Shown piece after piece: positions 9,638-19,088 of a DNA stretch of 64,000 bases. The first letter of the stretch is position 1. Each line of letters opens with the position of its first letter. The notes beneath the pieces were generated by a model. That model ran no database searches, was not told the DNA's origin, and saw only the letters and a program-made list of their open reading frames with translations. Made by a program: the position numbers and the translations under genes. Source of the stretch: Candidatus Latescibacterota bacterium (GTDB lineage: Bacteria > Latescibacterota > UBA2968 > UBA8231); the NCBI GenBank assembly GCA_965248265.1, contig CBDFJF010000002.1:2080001-2144000 (forward strand), written 5' to 3'.

Positions 9638-11314
9638 ATGTACAAACTCTCAGCATCTCATCGGAACGTAGCTGTCGCACTCGTGCTTGCCACCTCGTTC
9701 CTGGCCGGCTGTGGTCCTGACTCTGCCGTCCTGGCCAGGGTTGGCGACTCCGAGATCACGGAGATGGAGCTGGTGGAATTCGTCGATCGGCTACCCGAGC
9801 ATGTACGCAGTAAAGGACTGGGCATCGAAGCCGATCGCGAGCATCTCAACTCCATGATCGATCGTGAACTGCTCTTCCTCGAAGCCAGATCCCGCGGCCT
9901 GCACACCAGTGCCGTCGTCACCCGGCAAATAGGGAACGCCGAGGGGAAGCGCCTTATCGAGCGCTACTACCGGGAGGTCATCGCTCCCAGAGTGGAGATT
10001 CTTCCCGAAGACATTGAACGCGCGTTCCACAGCGTTGGATTCGATCGGGAACGGCTGCTGAATCGTATCGTGGTGAGAGGGGACGAGCGCGACGCCCGGG
10101 CGGTATTCGAGCAGCTCGAAGCCGGAAAAGCCTTCACGGACCTGGCCCGAGAGTATGCCGACAACGACCGCAACGCGGATGAGATTGGGAGGGTCGGCTG
10201 GATTGGATTGACCGGGCTCAAGAGGCTCTCGGTTACGCAACGTGAGTTCATGTCTCTCCAGATCGGGGAACCGAAGCTCATTCGCGTGGCGCCCGGGTCT
10301 TGGCAGATCATCCGGTTCGAGGAAGACCGGGAATCCCAGATCTCGAATTACGAGGACGATCTTCGCAAGATCGTCGGCAAGGAGCAATATTGGCGCCGTA
10401 CCGAAGAGCAGGCCGAGCTCCTCAACCGGGACCACGGCACGCGCTACCATCCGGAAGCGGTCCAGGTATTGGTCAAACGCTATGAGGAACGCCGGAACGA
10501 GTTGTACGAGGCGGAGAAGGCTCAGCCGCTTTACACCTTCGCGACTGGAGACACGATAACGGCGGGTGACTTCGTGACTCGGGTTCGAGAGCAACGGGGA
10601 ACCTCCGCAGTGGAGGACAGCGCGGCGAACGTCAGAATAGCCAAGGACGCTCTCCTTCACCCCTATCTGTTCGAACACGAAGCTCGCAAACGCGGCTGGC
10701 ACGAGGAGGAGGGTTTCGTCACATGGCGCGCCCACACCTTCGACGGCCTGTTGCTGGACTATCTGATGCAGACGGAGGTGGAGGACCACCTTTCCTTCTC
10801 GGAAGATGAGTTGAGGGCTTACTACGAGGGTAACCGTGAGGATTTCCACGTCGACGAAAGGGTCCGCATCGAGGAAGTGCACGCGCAGGACGAGGCCACC
10901 GCCCGGCAGTTTCGCGACGATATAGCGGGAGGCACCACGTTCACCGAAATCCTGCAACGTCCCGGTGCGGCCTCTTTCGGTAAACACCGGTTGGGAGGTA
11001 GGATTACCTTGCATCCTCATCAGGTGAGGAGCTTTCCGGTGTTGGTCGAGGCTGCCTTCGCCGCCCGCGAGGGCGAGTTGATCGGTCCGGTTCGCTTGGA
11101 GGAGCAGAACGCTTACGCCATTCTCCGGGTACTCGAGCGGAAGGAGTATCGCATCAGGCCTTTCGAAGAGGCGCGGAAGGCGGTTGAACAACATGTGCGT
11201 GTCACACGTAAAGATAAGCTGGTCTCAGCCTTCATTCAGTCGTTGCGGGACAAGTACGAGGGCCAGGTCGCCATCTTCGACGACCGCCTCGAGCAGCGGC
11301 ACACGGATCAGTAA
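9638..11314 (+). CDS. PpiC/parvulin-type peptidyl-prolyl isomerase (SurA/PrsA-like) lipoprotein
   Basis: Lipobox LAGC, 'VLARVGDSEIT', SurA-like N region, two rotamase-like segments (FTDLAREY; EAAFAAREGELIGPV) and 'RPFEEARKAV'. Paralog of 44857..46572. Confidence 0.85.
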   Translation: MYKLSASHRNVAVALVLATSFLAGCGPDSAVLARVGDSEITEMELVEFVDRLPEHVRSKGLGIEADREHLNSMIDRELLFLEARSRGLHTSAVVTRQIGNAEGKRLIERYYREVIAPRVEILPEDIERAFHSVGFDRERLLNRIVVRGDERDARAVFEQLEAGKAFTDLAREYADNDRNADEIGRVGWIGLTGLKRLSVTQREFMSLQIGEPKLIRVAPGSWQIIRFEEDRESQISNYEDDLRKIVGKEQYWRRTEEQAELLNRDHGTRYHPEAVQVLVKRYEERRNELYEAEKAQPLYTFATGDTITAGDFVTRVREQRGTSAVEDSAANVRIAKDALLHPYLFEHEARKRGWHEEEGFVTWRAHTFDGLLLDYLMQTEVEDHLSFSEDELRAYYEGNREDFHVDERVRIEEVHAQDEATARQFRDDIAGGTTFTEILQRPGAASFGKHRLGGRITLHPHQVRSFPVLVEAAFAAREGELIGPVRLEEQNAYAILRVLERKEYRIRPFEEARKAVEQHVRVTRKDKLVSAFIQSLRDKYEGQVAIFDDRLEQRHTDQ

Positions 11315-11377
11315 CAGGGAGCTTGCTGTCGCGGCGGAGGCGGTCAGGCGCTCGAAGGGTCGGGGAGGATCGCCACC

Positions 11378-12514
11378 TCACCGCAGCTGCTCGAGGAGGA
11401 TCTGCTCTAAGGTCTCGCGCCAGATCCGGTTGCCGGCGTCGTTGAGATGGCAGTGATCGCGGAACAGGGTCTCGCCGGGGACGCCGTGAGGTTCGCGCGC
11501 GACGACGGCCCGCTCCACGTCCGCCAGCGGGATGCCGTGCGCGGCCGCCAGGGAGCGGATGATCTCGTTCTCGAGGTCGGAACTCTGATGCCGTCCGGGG
11601 GTCTCCCGCAGGATCTTGCGTCCGAGGTCGGCCCCTTCGGCCATCCTCCCCGACCGGTACAGCCTTGCCACCTGCTGATACTCCCTCCAGGCCGCCTCGG
11701 GCAGGTACGGCTTGATGAGATTCGAGGGTACCGTGCCGATGACGCTCAGGACCCCCGCTCGCCGGCACAGGTCCAGCATGAGGGTCAAGTTGCGGCGGTA
11801 GCTCTCCATCCGCTCAGCGACGTCGGCGAGGGTGAAGTCGTAGCGCCAGGCTCGGGCGTGAGCGGCAACCGTGGTCGGCTCCAGTCCTGCGAGGATGCGC
11901 CGGTTGTGCTCCCAGCGCAACACCCCGACGCGGACCTGGAGAATCCAGTCCCGCAGCCGCCGCACCAGGGCAGATCGAGCCAGCAAGCGTTGCAGGTCGG
12001 CGCCATCCGCATCCGCCAGCTGGAGTTGCTCGACCTCCTCGAACTCGTTGTGCCCGGAGTAGAGAAGGACGGCGTCGACGTCGTATTCGAGGAGCTCGGC
12101 GAGCACGGCGACGAGGCGGTGCGTGCCGTAGGCGCGGCCTCCGCCGTTGAGGATCTCAACCCGGTCGTAGCGGTCGGCCAGCTCCTGCCCGAGCCGTTCG
12201 GCCAGGGTGGCGAATTCCGGCTGCAGGTGGAAGACGGAGGATCCGCCCACCGCGGCCAGCCGCAGGGTTCGAGGCGGCTTGGCGGCCCGGAAAGTTTGAC
12301 GGCAGAAGGTGGTGACCTTGGCCGGGTTCGTGACCCGCAGGCTCGTGTCGAGGGGAGAAACCGTGAACAAGCGAGACCCGGGGTCGAACCCCAGGCCGTA
12401 GTCCACGGCGCGCGTCGGGAAGGGGATCTCGGCGAGGCGCGCGGCGAGCTCGAGGGTCGACAGGGACGCCGTTACGGCGATGACGGCGAAGAGGATCTCC
12501 CTGCGGCGGTTCAC
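11378..12514 (-). CDS. SGNH/GDSL hydrolase-like membrane-anchored protein
   Basis: N-terminal TM segment, VGGSS, ILNGG, YSGHNE and FRDHCHLN. The GTG start at 12514 overlaps the TGA of the upstream remnant. Confidence 0.8.
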   Translation of the reverse strand: MNRRREILFAVIAVTASLSTLELAARLAEIPFPTRAVDYGLGFDPGSRLFTVSPLDTSLRVTNPAKVTTFCRQTFRAAKPPRTLRLAAVGGSSVFHLQPEFATLAERLGQELADRYDRVEILNGGGRAYGTHRLVAVLAELLEYDVDAVLLYSGHNEFEEVEQLQLADADGADLQRLLARSALVRRLRDWILQVRVGVLRWEHNRRILAGLEPTTVAAHARAWRYDFTLADVAERMESYRRNLTLMLDLCRRAGVLSVIGTVPSNLIKPYLPEAAWREYQQVARLYRSGRMAEGADLGRKILRETPGRHQSSDLENEIIRSLAAAHGIPLADVERAVVAREPHGVPGETLFRDHCHLNDAGNRIWRETLEQILLEQLR

Positions 12515-12840
12515 GGTCCGGGGGGCTCGAACAGCGCGTCGGGGAATCCCACGCCGAAGCGGATGTCCCGCATCAGCTCCTCCGTCCAGTCCGTGTCCGG
12601 TCGGTCTGACCCTGCCAGTCGGACGCCGTCGGCCACACGGTCGCTCAAACGCTCGTAGATCATTCCCGGATTGAGCAGCTTGTGCATCATCGCGAACCAG
12701 AATAAGTTGGTCTTGAGCAGGAGTCGGCGCGGTGCAACAGGGCGGCATCCGTCACCGGTTCGCCGTCCAGGGTCGCCCACGAGGCGGCGCCGTCGTAGCC
12801 CTGGATGAGCTCGACTTCGGTGAAGATAGCAACTTTCGAC
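12511..12840 (-). pseudogene. Frameshifted remnant of a LolA-like/DUF6503-type protein
   Basis: 'ELIQGYDGAASWATLDGEPVTDAALLHRAD' continues in another frame as 'LLKTNLFWFAMMHKLLNPGMIYE...FPDALFEPP'. One extra T near 12723 would restore ADFLLKTN. Confidence 0.6.
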
Positions 12841-13111
12841 AGGTGGGTCCCGATGGCTCTTCGCTCCTGCCTCGCTGCCGCGACCTCCTTGTGGCAGACC
12901 GTCCGGGAGGGTATCTGGGCGGGGGGACCGATGGCCCTGGCGCAGACGTGGACCGGAGGCCGGAAAGGAGCATCAGGGGAATGGGAACTTTTCACGGACA
13001 GCGAATAGACCTCTGCTTAACGTAAGGGTGAGTGGACGCACGGGCCTGGTCGAGGTGAACGCTGATGAGGCATCCCGCTCCCATCCTGCTGGTTTCTACC
13101 GGAGGTCTGCT

Positions 13112-14311
13112 ATGATCTTCAAACTCATCACCGCGATGCTGCTGACGGGTGTCGCCCTCTACTCCTGCGGCAGCGACGAAACGCCGTTCCAATCCGGCGG
13201 AGAGAATGATGATCCGTCGGACGGGGGAGGTGGAGCTCCTCTCTCCGGATTTGACATCCCGGCCGAGCTCTCCCAGTGGGCAGGCGACAACCCCTTCGAG
13301 GGGAGCGGGTACACCATCAGGGGCTTCCCCGAGTACCTCGTCACCATCGGGGGTCCCGCCAAGGACGGGATCCCGGCGCTCAACAATCCCCCCTTCGTCG
13401 CGCCCGAGGAGGTCAGCTACGTGCAGGACGACCACCTGGTTCTGGGACTGGTCGTCGACGGAGTCGCCCGCGCCTATCCCCACAACATCGGCTGGTGGCA
13501 CGAGATCGTTAACGACGAGATCGCCGGGCACTTCGTCTCCGTCACTTTCTGTCCCCTGACCGGGACGGGTCTGGCCTTCGAAGTGCCGGACCGCGGGCAC
13601 TTCGAGCTGGGCGTGTCGGGTCTCCTCTACAACAGCAACCTGATCATGTACGACCGCCGCGACGGCAAGAGCCTGTACCCGCAGATGTATTTCACCGTGT
13701 TCCAGGGCTCCCGCAGAGGGGAGTCCCTCAGACTCCTGCCGATAACGGAGACGACCCTGGGAACCTGGAAGAGGCTCCATCCGGATACCGAGGTCATCGC
13801 CCTCGGCAGTGGCACCTTCGACGAGTCCCTATATGCCAAGTACCCCTACGGCAGCTACCGGACCAATAACCGCCTCAATTCCCGCATAGACCCCGTAATG
13901 AGGAGGAACAGCAACCCGCATGCCGGCGACCATGGGTGGAAGGAACTCACCCTGGGGGTGCGTCTGAACGGCGAGCCGAAGGCCTACGTCTTCGAAGACC
14001 TGGGGGAGCGCATCGCCATCAACGACCATCTCGGCGGCGAGGACATCCTCGTCGTCTGGGACCGGGACAGCCAGCTGGCGCTGCCCTACTGGCGCCAGGT
14101 GGACGGCCGGAGCTTGACCTTCACCCTCGACCCCGACGTGGGATTCCCGTTTTCCCTCGTCGACGAGGAGACCGGCAGCCGCTGGGACATTCTTGGCGTC
14201 GCCACCGAAGGACCCCTGGCGGGCCACCGCCTGGTTCAGATTCCGGCCTACAACAGCTTCTGGTTCGCCTGGGTCACCTTCTGGCTGGAAACGGACAAAT
14301 GGACACCGTGA
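13112..14311 (+). CDS. DUF3179-domain lipoprotein
   Basis: Lipobox LYSC, GGPAKDGIPAL, WHEIVND, TFCPLTG, GVSGLLYNSNLIMYDR and FWFAW. ATG 13112 follows GGAGG. Confidence 0.88.
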   Translation: MIFKLITAMLLTGVALYSCGSDETPFQSGGENDDPSDGGGGAPLSGFDIPAELSQWAGDNPFEGSGYTIRGFPEYLVTIGGPAKDGIPALNNPPFVAPEEVSYVQDDHLVLGLVVDGVARAYPHNIGWWHEIVNDEIAGHFVSVTFCPLTGTGLAFEVPDRGHFELGVSGLLYNSNLIMYDRRDGKSLYPQMYFTVFQGSRRGESLRLLPITETTLGTWKRLHPDTEVIALGSGTFDESLYAKYPYGSYRTNNRLNSRIDPVMRRNSNPHAGDHGWKELTLGVRLNGEPKAYVFEDLGERIAINDHLGGEDILVVWDRDSQLALPYWRQVDGRSLTFTLDPDVGFPFSLVDEETGSRWDILGVATEGPLAGHRLVQIPAYNSFWFAWVTFWLETDKWTP

Positions 14312-14366
14312 AGGAGGTGAGGCGCGCGAAGGAGACCATCTCCTCTCGCGTCGTCCCCCGCCCCGC

Positions 14367-14510
14367 TTGAACGGTTGGCTCGCAGGCGCGCTCCTGGGCG
14401 CTGGTCTGACGATCAGTTCCTGCGACGGCGAGAAGGCGCCCCTTGCCTCTGGCGGTGAGGAGCGTGGGACTCCGCCGACTGCAGATTTCTCCATTCCGGA
14501 GTATTACTAG
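14367..14510 (+). pseudogene. Truncated N-terminus of a second DUF3179-like lipoprotein
   Basis: 'GWLAGALLGAGLTISSCDGEKAPLASGGEE...ADFSIPE' parallels 'ALYSCGSDETPFQSGGEN...GFDIPAE' of the preceding gene, then hits a stop. Confidence 0.5.
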
Positions 14511-14569
14511 AGCCGCTCGCCCGAGGCCGACACCTCCGCCTGCGGCGCGGACCGCGCTTCCGCCCCCTC

Positions 14570-15664
14570 TCAGTGCCCCCTCCGCTGCCTCCAGATGGCG
14601 GCGATCCTCGCGGCCAGCACGGCTGCGAACCGGTCGCTGCCGCGTTCGGACAGGTGGCAGATGTCGGAGAAGTAGACGCCACGCTTCGGTATCGACTCCT
14701 CCATGTCGATGAAGGCCGCCTCCGGATGCCGGGCGGCCAGGTAGCGGACGACGGCGTTGTGGGCATCGATGCCGGCGACGACGTTGCGCGGGTGTCCCCA
14801 GATTTCGATTGGGGATCGGTCGGTGGAGGAGGCGTAGTCCAGGTCGCCGGAGAGGAAGGCGCTCAACGAGTAGGCGGCCGGCACGTAGTAGGCGAAGGTC
14901 ATCAGGATCGGCGCGGCGCCGTTCCGGGTCGTCCGCGACACGATCTTCTCCAGGTTCGCCCGGAAGGCGCCCATCGTCTTGATGTCGCTTCCGTAGCGGA
15001 CCCACTCCCTCTCGGGCGCGTGCGGGGGCACGTAGCGCGGCTCCAGGAGGACCTGCCGGGCGCGGTGGAACAGGAAATCGAAGGAGAACGGGATGACGGA
15101 CAGGTCCATGGTGGGCAGGTGGCGGTCGGTGAGGTTGCGCATCTCGTACCACACATAGTGCGAATAGTCGGTCCGGTAGAGGTCGGGCGGGCAGTTATTG
15201 GCCCGGACCTCGTTGATCCCATGGTAGACGACGACGACGTCGAAGCGGCGGTCTCCAAGGGGCCTGAGCTTGAGGTAGCTGTCGCGGGTCGTGTGGGCCA
15301 GCCCGGACAGGTTGACGACGCGAAAGTCCGTCACCCCCTCCTCGAACAGGTCCGTCTCCAGGCGCGATGGGATGCCGCCGATGTCCTCCACGAGCACCGA
15401 GCCGCCCAGCAGCAGGATGTCGAAATTGGCGGCCGGCGGCGCGACTTGCTCGAGCTCAGGGTAGGCCTGGCGCACCATGCGTGACGGACGCAGGAACTCC
15501 CCCTCGTGAAAGACGGCGAAGTAGGCCCTCAGCGAAGCCTCGACCAGCAGGACCAGGAGGACCAGATAGACCAACACGAAAACGGGGACAGAGGCGGCGC
15601 GCGATGAAGTCCAGGTCACGGCACAGGGATCCGGAAGGGATGGCGGACGGCACGGCTCACGCAA
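14570..15664 (-). CDS. SGNH/GDSL hydrolase-like protein
   Basis: N-terminal TM segment, LLGGSV, YHGINE and FSDICHL. Start position uncertain. Confidence 0.8.
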   Translation of the reverse strand: MREPCRPPSLPDPCAVTWTSSRAASVPVFVLVYLVLLVLLVEASLRAYFAVFHEGEFLRPSRMVRQAYPELEQVAPPAANFDILLLGGSVLVEDIGGIPSRLETDLFEEGVTDFRVVNLSGLAHTTRDSYLKLRPLGDRRFDVVVVYHGINEVRANNCPPDLYRTDYSHYVWYEMRNLTDRHLPTMDLSVIPFSFDFLFHRARQVLLEPRYVPPHAPEREWVRYGSDIKTMGAFRANLEKIVSRTTRNGAAPILMTFAYYVPAAYSLSAFLSGDLDYASSTDRSPIEIWGHPRNVVAGIDAHNAVVRYLAARHPEAAFIDMEESIPKRGVYFSDICHLSERGSDRFAAVLAARIAAIWRQRRGH

Positions 15665-15866
15665 GGCAGCCGTCGGAGGAAGTGCCGTCAGAGTATAGGG
15701 GTTTTCGGTCCCCTGGGCAGCGTCGCCACGACCGGAGGGATGGTCTTCCTACTCATGGAAGGCGTCTTCAGATGGATTCGCATACAATAAGCACAGCGGT
15801 TTCAAGGACACCTGCTCCGTCCCACACCCCTCGCGGACCGCGCCGACCAGCGCGGCGTTCCGATGC

Positions 15867-15896
15867 TTGACAACCGTCATCCGGCCGCGCCATATT
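15867..15896 (+). promoter_or_regulatory. Putative sigma70 promoter for the 15953 gene
   Basis: TTGACA-N18-CATATT about 55 nt upstream of the start. Confidence 0.4.
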
Positions 15897-15952
15897 GCCC
15901 TGCGCAAGCCCGCCTGTGTAACGCCAAATAACCACGCCCGTCAGCGGACCGG

Positions 15953-18900
15953 ATGCCTATGGAAAGCCGCGGACCCGCCATCGGCGGGCGTGTCGGCGTA
16001 GCACCGCCGATCGTCTACCTGCTCTTCTTCCTCTCCGGCTTCACGGCCCTCGTGTTCGAGATTCTGTGGAGCCGCCAGTTCGTCACCGTCTTCGGCAACA
16101 GCTCCTATTCCATCAGTGTGGTGCTGTGCGCCTATATGGCGGGGCTGGGGTTCGGCAGCTGGCTGGGTGGGCGGCTGGCCGACCAAACCCGGCGGTGGCT
16201 GCTCCTCTATGCCGGCATCGAGGCGGCGGTGGGGCTGTGGGCGCTGCTGATCCCACTGGTGCTGGACGGGCTGCGCCGGTGGGTACCCGAAGTCAGCCTG
16301 CTGGCCCCCGACCAGTCCCTGCTGGTCTCCAGCTCCCTCCGCTTCCTCATCTCCCTGATCACGCTGTTCCTGCCCTGCACGCTGATGGGGGCCACCCTGC
16401 CGTTGCTGGTGCGCTTCTGCAGCGAAGGCCGCAGCGAGGTGGGACCCGTTGTCGGCACCCTCTACGGCATCAACACGGTGGGGGCCGCTCTGGGCTGTTT
16501 CGTCGCCGGCTACTGGATGCTGGAGGCTTTCGGCATTGCCACCACGAACCGCACCGCGGCGGGCGTCGACCTGCTGCTTGCGGTGGCGGCCGCCGCTCTC
16601 GCCTTCAAGCTCGGTCCCGCGCCTGAGACCTCCGGGGAGCAACCGCGCACGGGTCCGCCGGAGGAGAGCGAGGTCCCGGCCGCGTCACACCCGCGACGCG
16701 TGCTGCCATGGGTCGCGTTCGCTACCGGATTGGCGGGACTGTCCTGCGAGGTGTTGTGGACCCGTTACCTGGTGTTCTTCAACAACGTCCACTACGTGTT
16801 CACGACCATCCTGGTGCTCTTTCTGCTGGGGCTGGGCCTCGGCAGCCTGTTCTACCGGCTGCTGCTGGCCAGGCGGACCGATCCGCTCAAGCTTCTGTCC
16901 CGGATGCTGCTGCTGCTGGCCGCGGCCGTACCAGCCTGCTTCGCGCTGGGTGCTTTCCTGTATTCCTCCGGGCACTTGTCGCTGGATCGCTATTGTGTCA
17001 AGGCGGCCGCCGTCACCATGGCGGTGCCTACGGTTTTGATGGGCGCGGTGTTCCCGGTGATCTGCGCCGCGTACGGCCCCGAACTGAGGCGCGCAGGCCG
17101 CGGGGTCGGCACCCTCGCGGCCCTGAACACGGCCGGGGCCGTGGTAGGCGCCCTGCTGCCGGCATTCGCGTTCGTCCCCCTCCTCGGAGTCCACCACAGC
17201 ATCCTGCTCATGAGCGGCCTCTACCTCGCCATGGGGCTGATCCTGACCCCGATGGCCGCTCCCGGTCGGAAGCAGTGGGTGCCTTCCGGAGCGCTGGGCG
17301 CCCTGGCGGTCCTCGTCATCGCCGTGTCGGCGCCTGCCGACCTCGTGCGCGGCGTCTTCCTGCAACGCACTGCGCGTCTGCCAGTCGACCCGGAGATCAC
17401 GTTCTGGCAGGAGGGCCGTACGGCCACCTCCGTGGTGATTCGCGACCGGAACACCCAACAGAAGTGGATCTTCATCAACGGCAACGCCGAGGTCCCCACC
17501 ACCCTCGCCTCCCTGTCCTGCTTCAAGCTGCTGGGTACTCTCGGCCCGCTGCTGCACCCCGATCCGCAAGACGCATTCATCATCGCGGTCGGGGGCGGCA
17601 TCGCCGCCGGCGCCACGCTGCAGCATCCCGACGTGGAGTCGGTGGAGATCGTCGACATCGAGGAGGCCGTGATCGAAGCCGCACGCCAGATGGGGGAGTT
17701 CAACCACGACTTGCTCGACGACTCGCGGGTCGAGGTGGTGATCAACGACGGACGAAACCAGCTGCTGATGTCGCAGCGCAAGTGGCCGGTCATCATCTGC
17801 GACTCTACCCATCCGAAGGCCTCTGACAGCTGGGTGCTCTACACCCAGGAGTTCTACAGGCTGGTGCACGAGCACCTGGACGAGGGCGGGGTCTTCGTGC
17901 AGTGGCTGCCGACTCACGGACTGAGCGTGCCGGAGGTCCAAAGCATCGTAGCGACCTTCCAGTCTGTGTTCCCCCACGCCAGTGCGTGGATCAGTGCCGC
18001 AGCCGGCAATCGGGGGGGCACCGAGTTCTACCTCCTGCTGGTAGCTACCCAGGACAGGCTGCAGATCGACGTCGAGGACCTCGGGCGCCAGCTCGACGCT
18101 CCGGCCCTGCGCGCCGACCTGCGGCCCTACGGCCTGGCCGAACCGTTCGGTCTGCTGACCAGTTTCCTGGCAGGAGAAGAGATGCTGGAGAGCTGGGCAA
18201 AGGACGCGCCGCTGAATACGGACGATCTGCCCTGGACCTACTACGACACCGGGCCGTCGAAGATCGTTCCTGCCGACCTGAGCGCCATAGCGTCCTTGCT
18301 GCAGAGTCCGGCTCCCTACCTGGAGAGCGCCGACACGGAGCTGGTGGCGCAGCTGGATCGCACGGTCGAGATACGCCAGCTCGCGTGGCGGATCAATCGG
18401 GGTGGGCAGCTGACGGAGACGGACATGCGGAGCGTGCTGCAGATTGCCGAGCTTCTGGGCGACGAACCGGACGCGCTCAACCAGCTCGCCGCCGACATGG
18501 CCAAGTTGCGCGGGGGTGCCGCGGTGGCGACCCGGATCTACCGGAATGTGATCGAGATCGATCCGGAGAATCCGGGAGCGCACAAGGGGCTCGGTCACCT
18601 GTACCAGAGGATGAACAAGATAGAGGAGGCGCTGGAGCAGTTTCGCAGCGCAGTCGAAATCTCACCCGACGACGTCGAAGCCAACGTCGGCCTCGAGGCC
18701 TGCCTCCGGCGGCGGGGCACGCTCACCGACGCTGAGAGCTACTACAGGTCTGCGATCGAGAGCCGTCCGGACCACACGGGTTTCCACTACGGCCTGGGGA
18801 CCATCCTCGCCCGGAGCCAGAAACTGGAAGAGGCGGCGGCGGAGTTCCGCCGGGCGGTGGAGTTGCAGCCGCGCTGGACCGTTCCCCGTTACAGCCTGGC

Positions 18901-19039
18901 CGTGGCCCTTGTCCAGGCAGGACAGCCGGCGGAGGCGATAGATCACCTGCAGAAGGTGCTCGAGATCGAGCCGGAGCACGAGCCGTCGCGGCGGGTCCTG
19001 AGCGCTCTGCTGGCCAGGGGCAATCGCCCCCCACCCTGA
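15953..19039 (+). CDS. Fused MFS-like membrane domain / spermidine synthase-like SAM-dependent domain / TPR protein
   Basis: 'LFFLSGFTALVFEILW...LYGINTVGAALG' TM repeats, a Rossmann segment (GGGIAAG..VDIEE..NDGRN..DSTHP..LYTQEFY..FVQWLP) and C-terminal TPRs. Confidence 0.88.
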   Translation: MPMESRGPAIGGRVGVAPPIVYLLFFLSGFTALVFEILWSRQFVTVFGNSSYSISVVLCAYMAGLGFGSWLGGRLADQTRRWLLLYAGIEAAVGLWALLIPLVLDGLRRWVPEVSLLAPDQSLLVSSSLRFLISLITLFLPCTLMGATLPLLVRFCSEGRSEVGPVVGTLYGINTVGAALGCFVAGYWMLEAFGIATTNRTAAGVDLLLAVAAAALAFKLGPAPETSGEQPRTGPPEESEVPAASHPRRVLPWVAFATGLAGLSCEVLWTRYLVFFNNVHYVFTTILVLFLLGLGLGSLFYRLLLARRTDPLKLLSRMLLLLAAAVPACFALGAFLYSSGHLSLDRYCVKAAAVTMAVPTVLMGAVFPVICAAYGPELRRAGRGVGTLAALNTAGAVVGALLPAFAFVPLLGVHHSILLMSGLYLAMGLILTPMAAPGRKQWVPSGALGALAVLVIAVSAPADLVRGVFLQRTARLPVDPEITFWQEGRTATSVVIRDRNTQQKWIFINGNAEVPTTLASLSCFKLLGTLGPLLHPDPQDAFIIAVGGGIAAGATLQHPDVESVEIVDIEEAVIEAARQMGEFNHDLLDDSRVEVVINDGRNQLLMSQRKWPVIICDSTHPKASDSWVLYTQEFYRLVHEHLDEGGVFVQWLPTHGLSVPEVQSIVATFQSVFPHASAWISAAAGNRGGTEFYLLLVATQDRLQIDVEDLGRQLDAPALRADLRPYGLAEPFGLLTSFLAGEEMLESWAKDAPLNTDDLPWTYYDTGPSKIVPADLSAIASLLQSPAPYLESADTELVAQLDRTVEIRQLAWRINRGGQLTETDMRSVLQIAELLGDEPDALNQLAADMAKLRGGAAVATRIYRNVIEIDPENPGAHKGLGHLYQRMNKIEEALEQFRSAVEISPDDVEANVGLEACLRRRGTLTDAESYYRSAIESRPDHTGFHYGLGTILARSQKLEEAAAEFRRAVELQPRWTVPRYSLAVALVQAGQPAEAIDHLQKVLEIEPEHEPSRRVLSALLARGNRPPP

Positions 19040-19088
19040 GGAGCACAGAGGACAGGACTTGCTGCGTTACGACACGCTCGGCAGCCGG

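Noticed and set aside
13112-14311. Selenoprotein recoding in DUF3179
   Set aside because: The motif reads CPLT with no in-frame TGA, and the ORF is uninterrupted.
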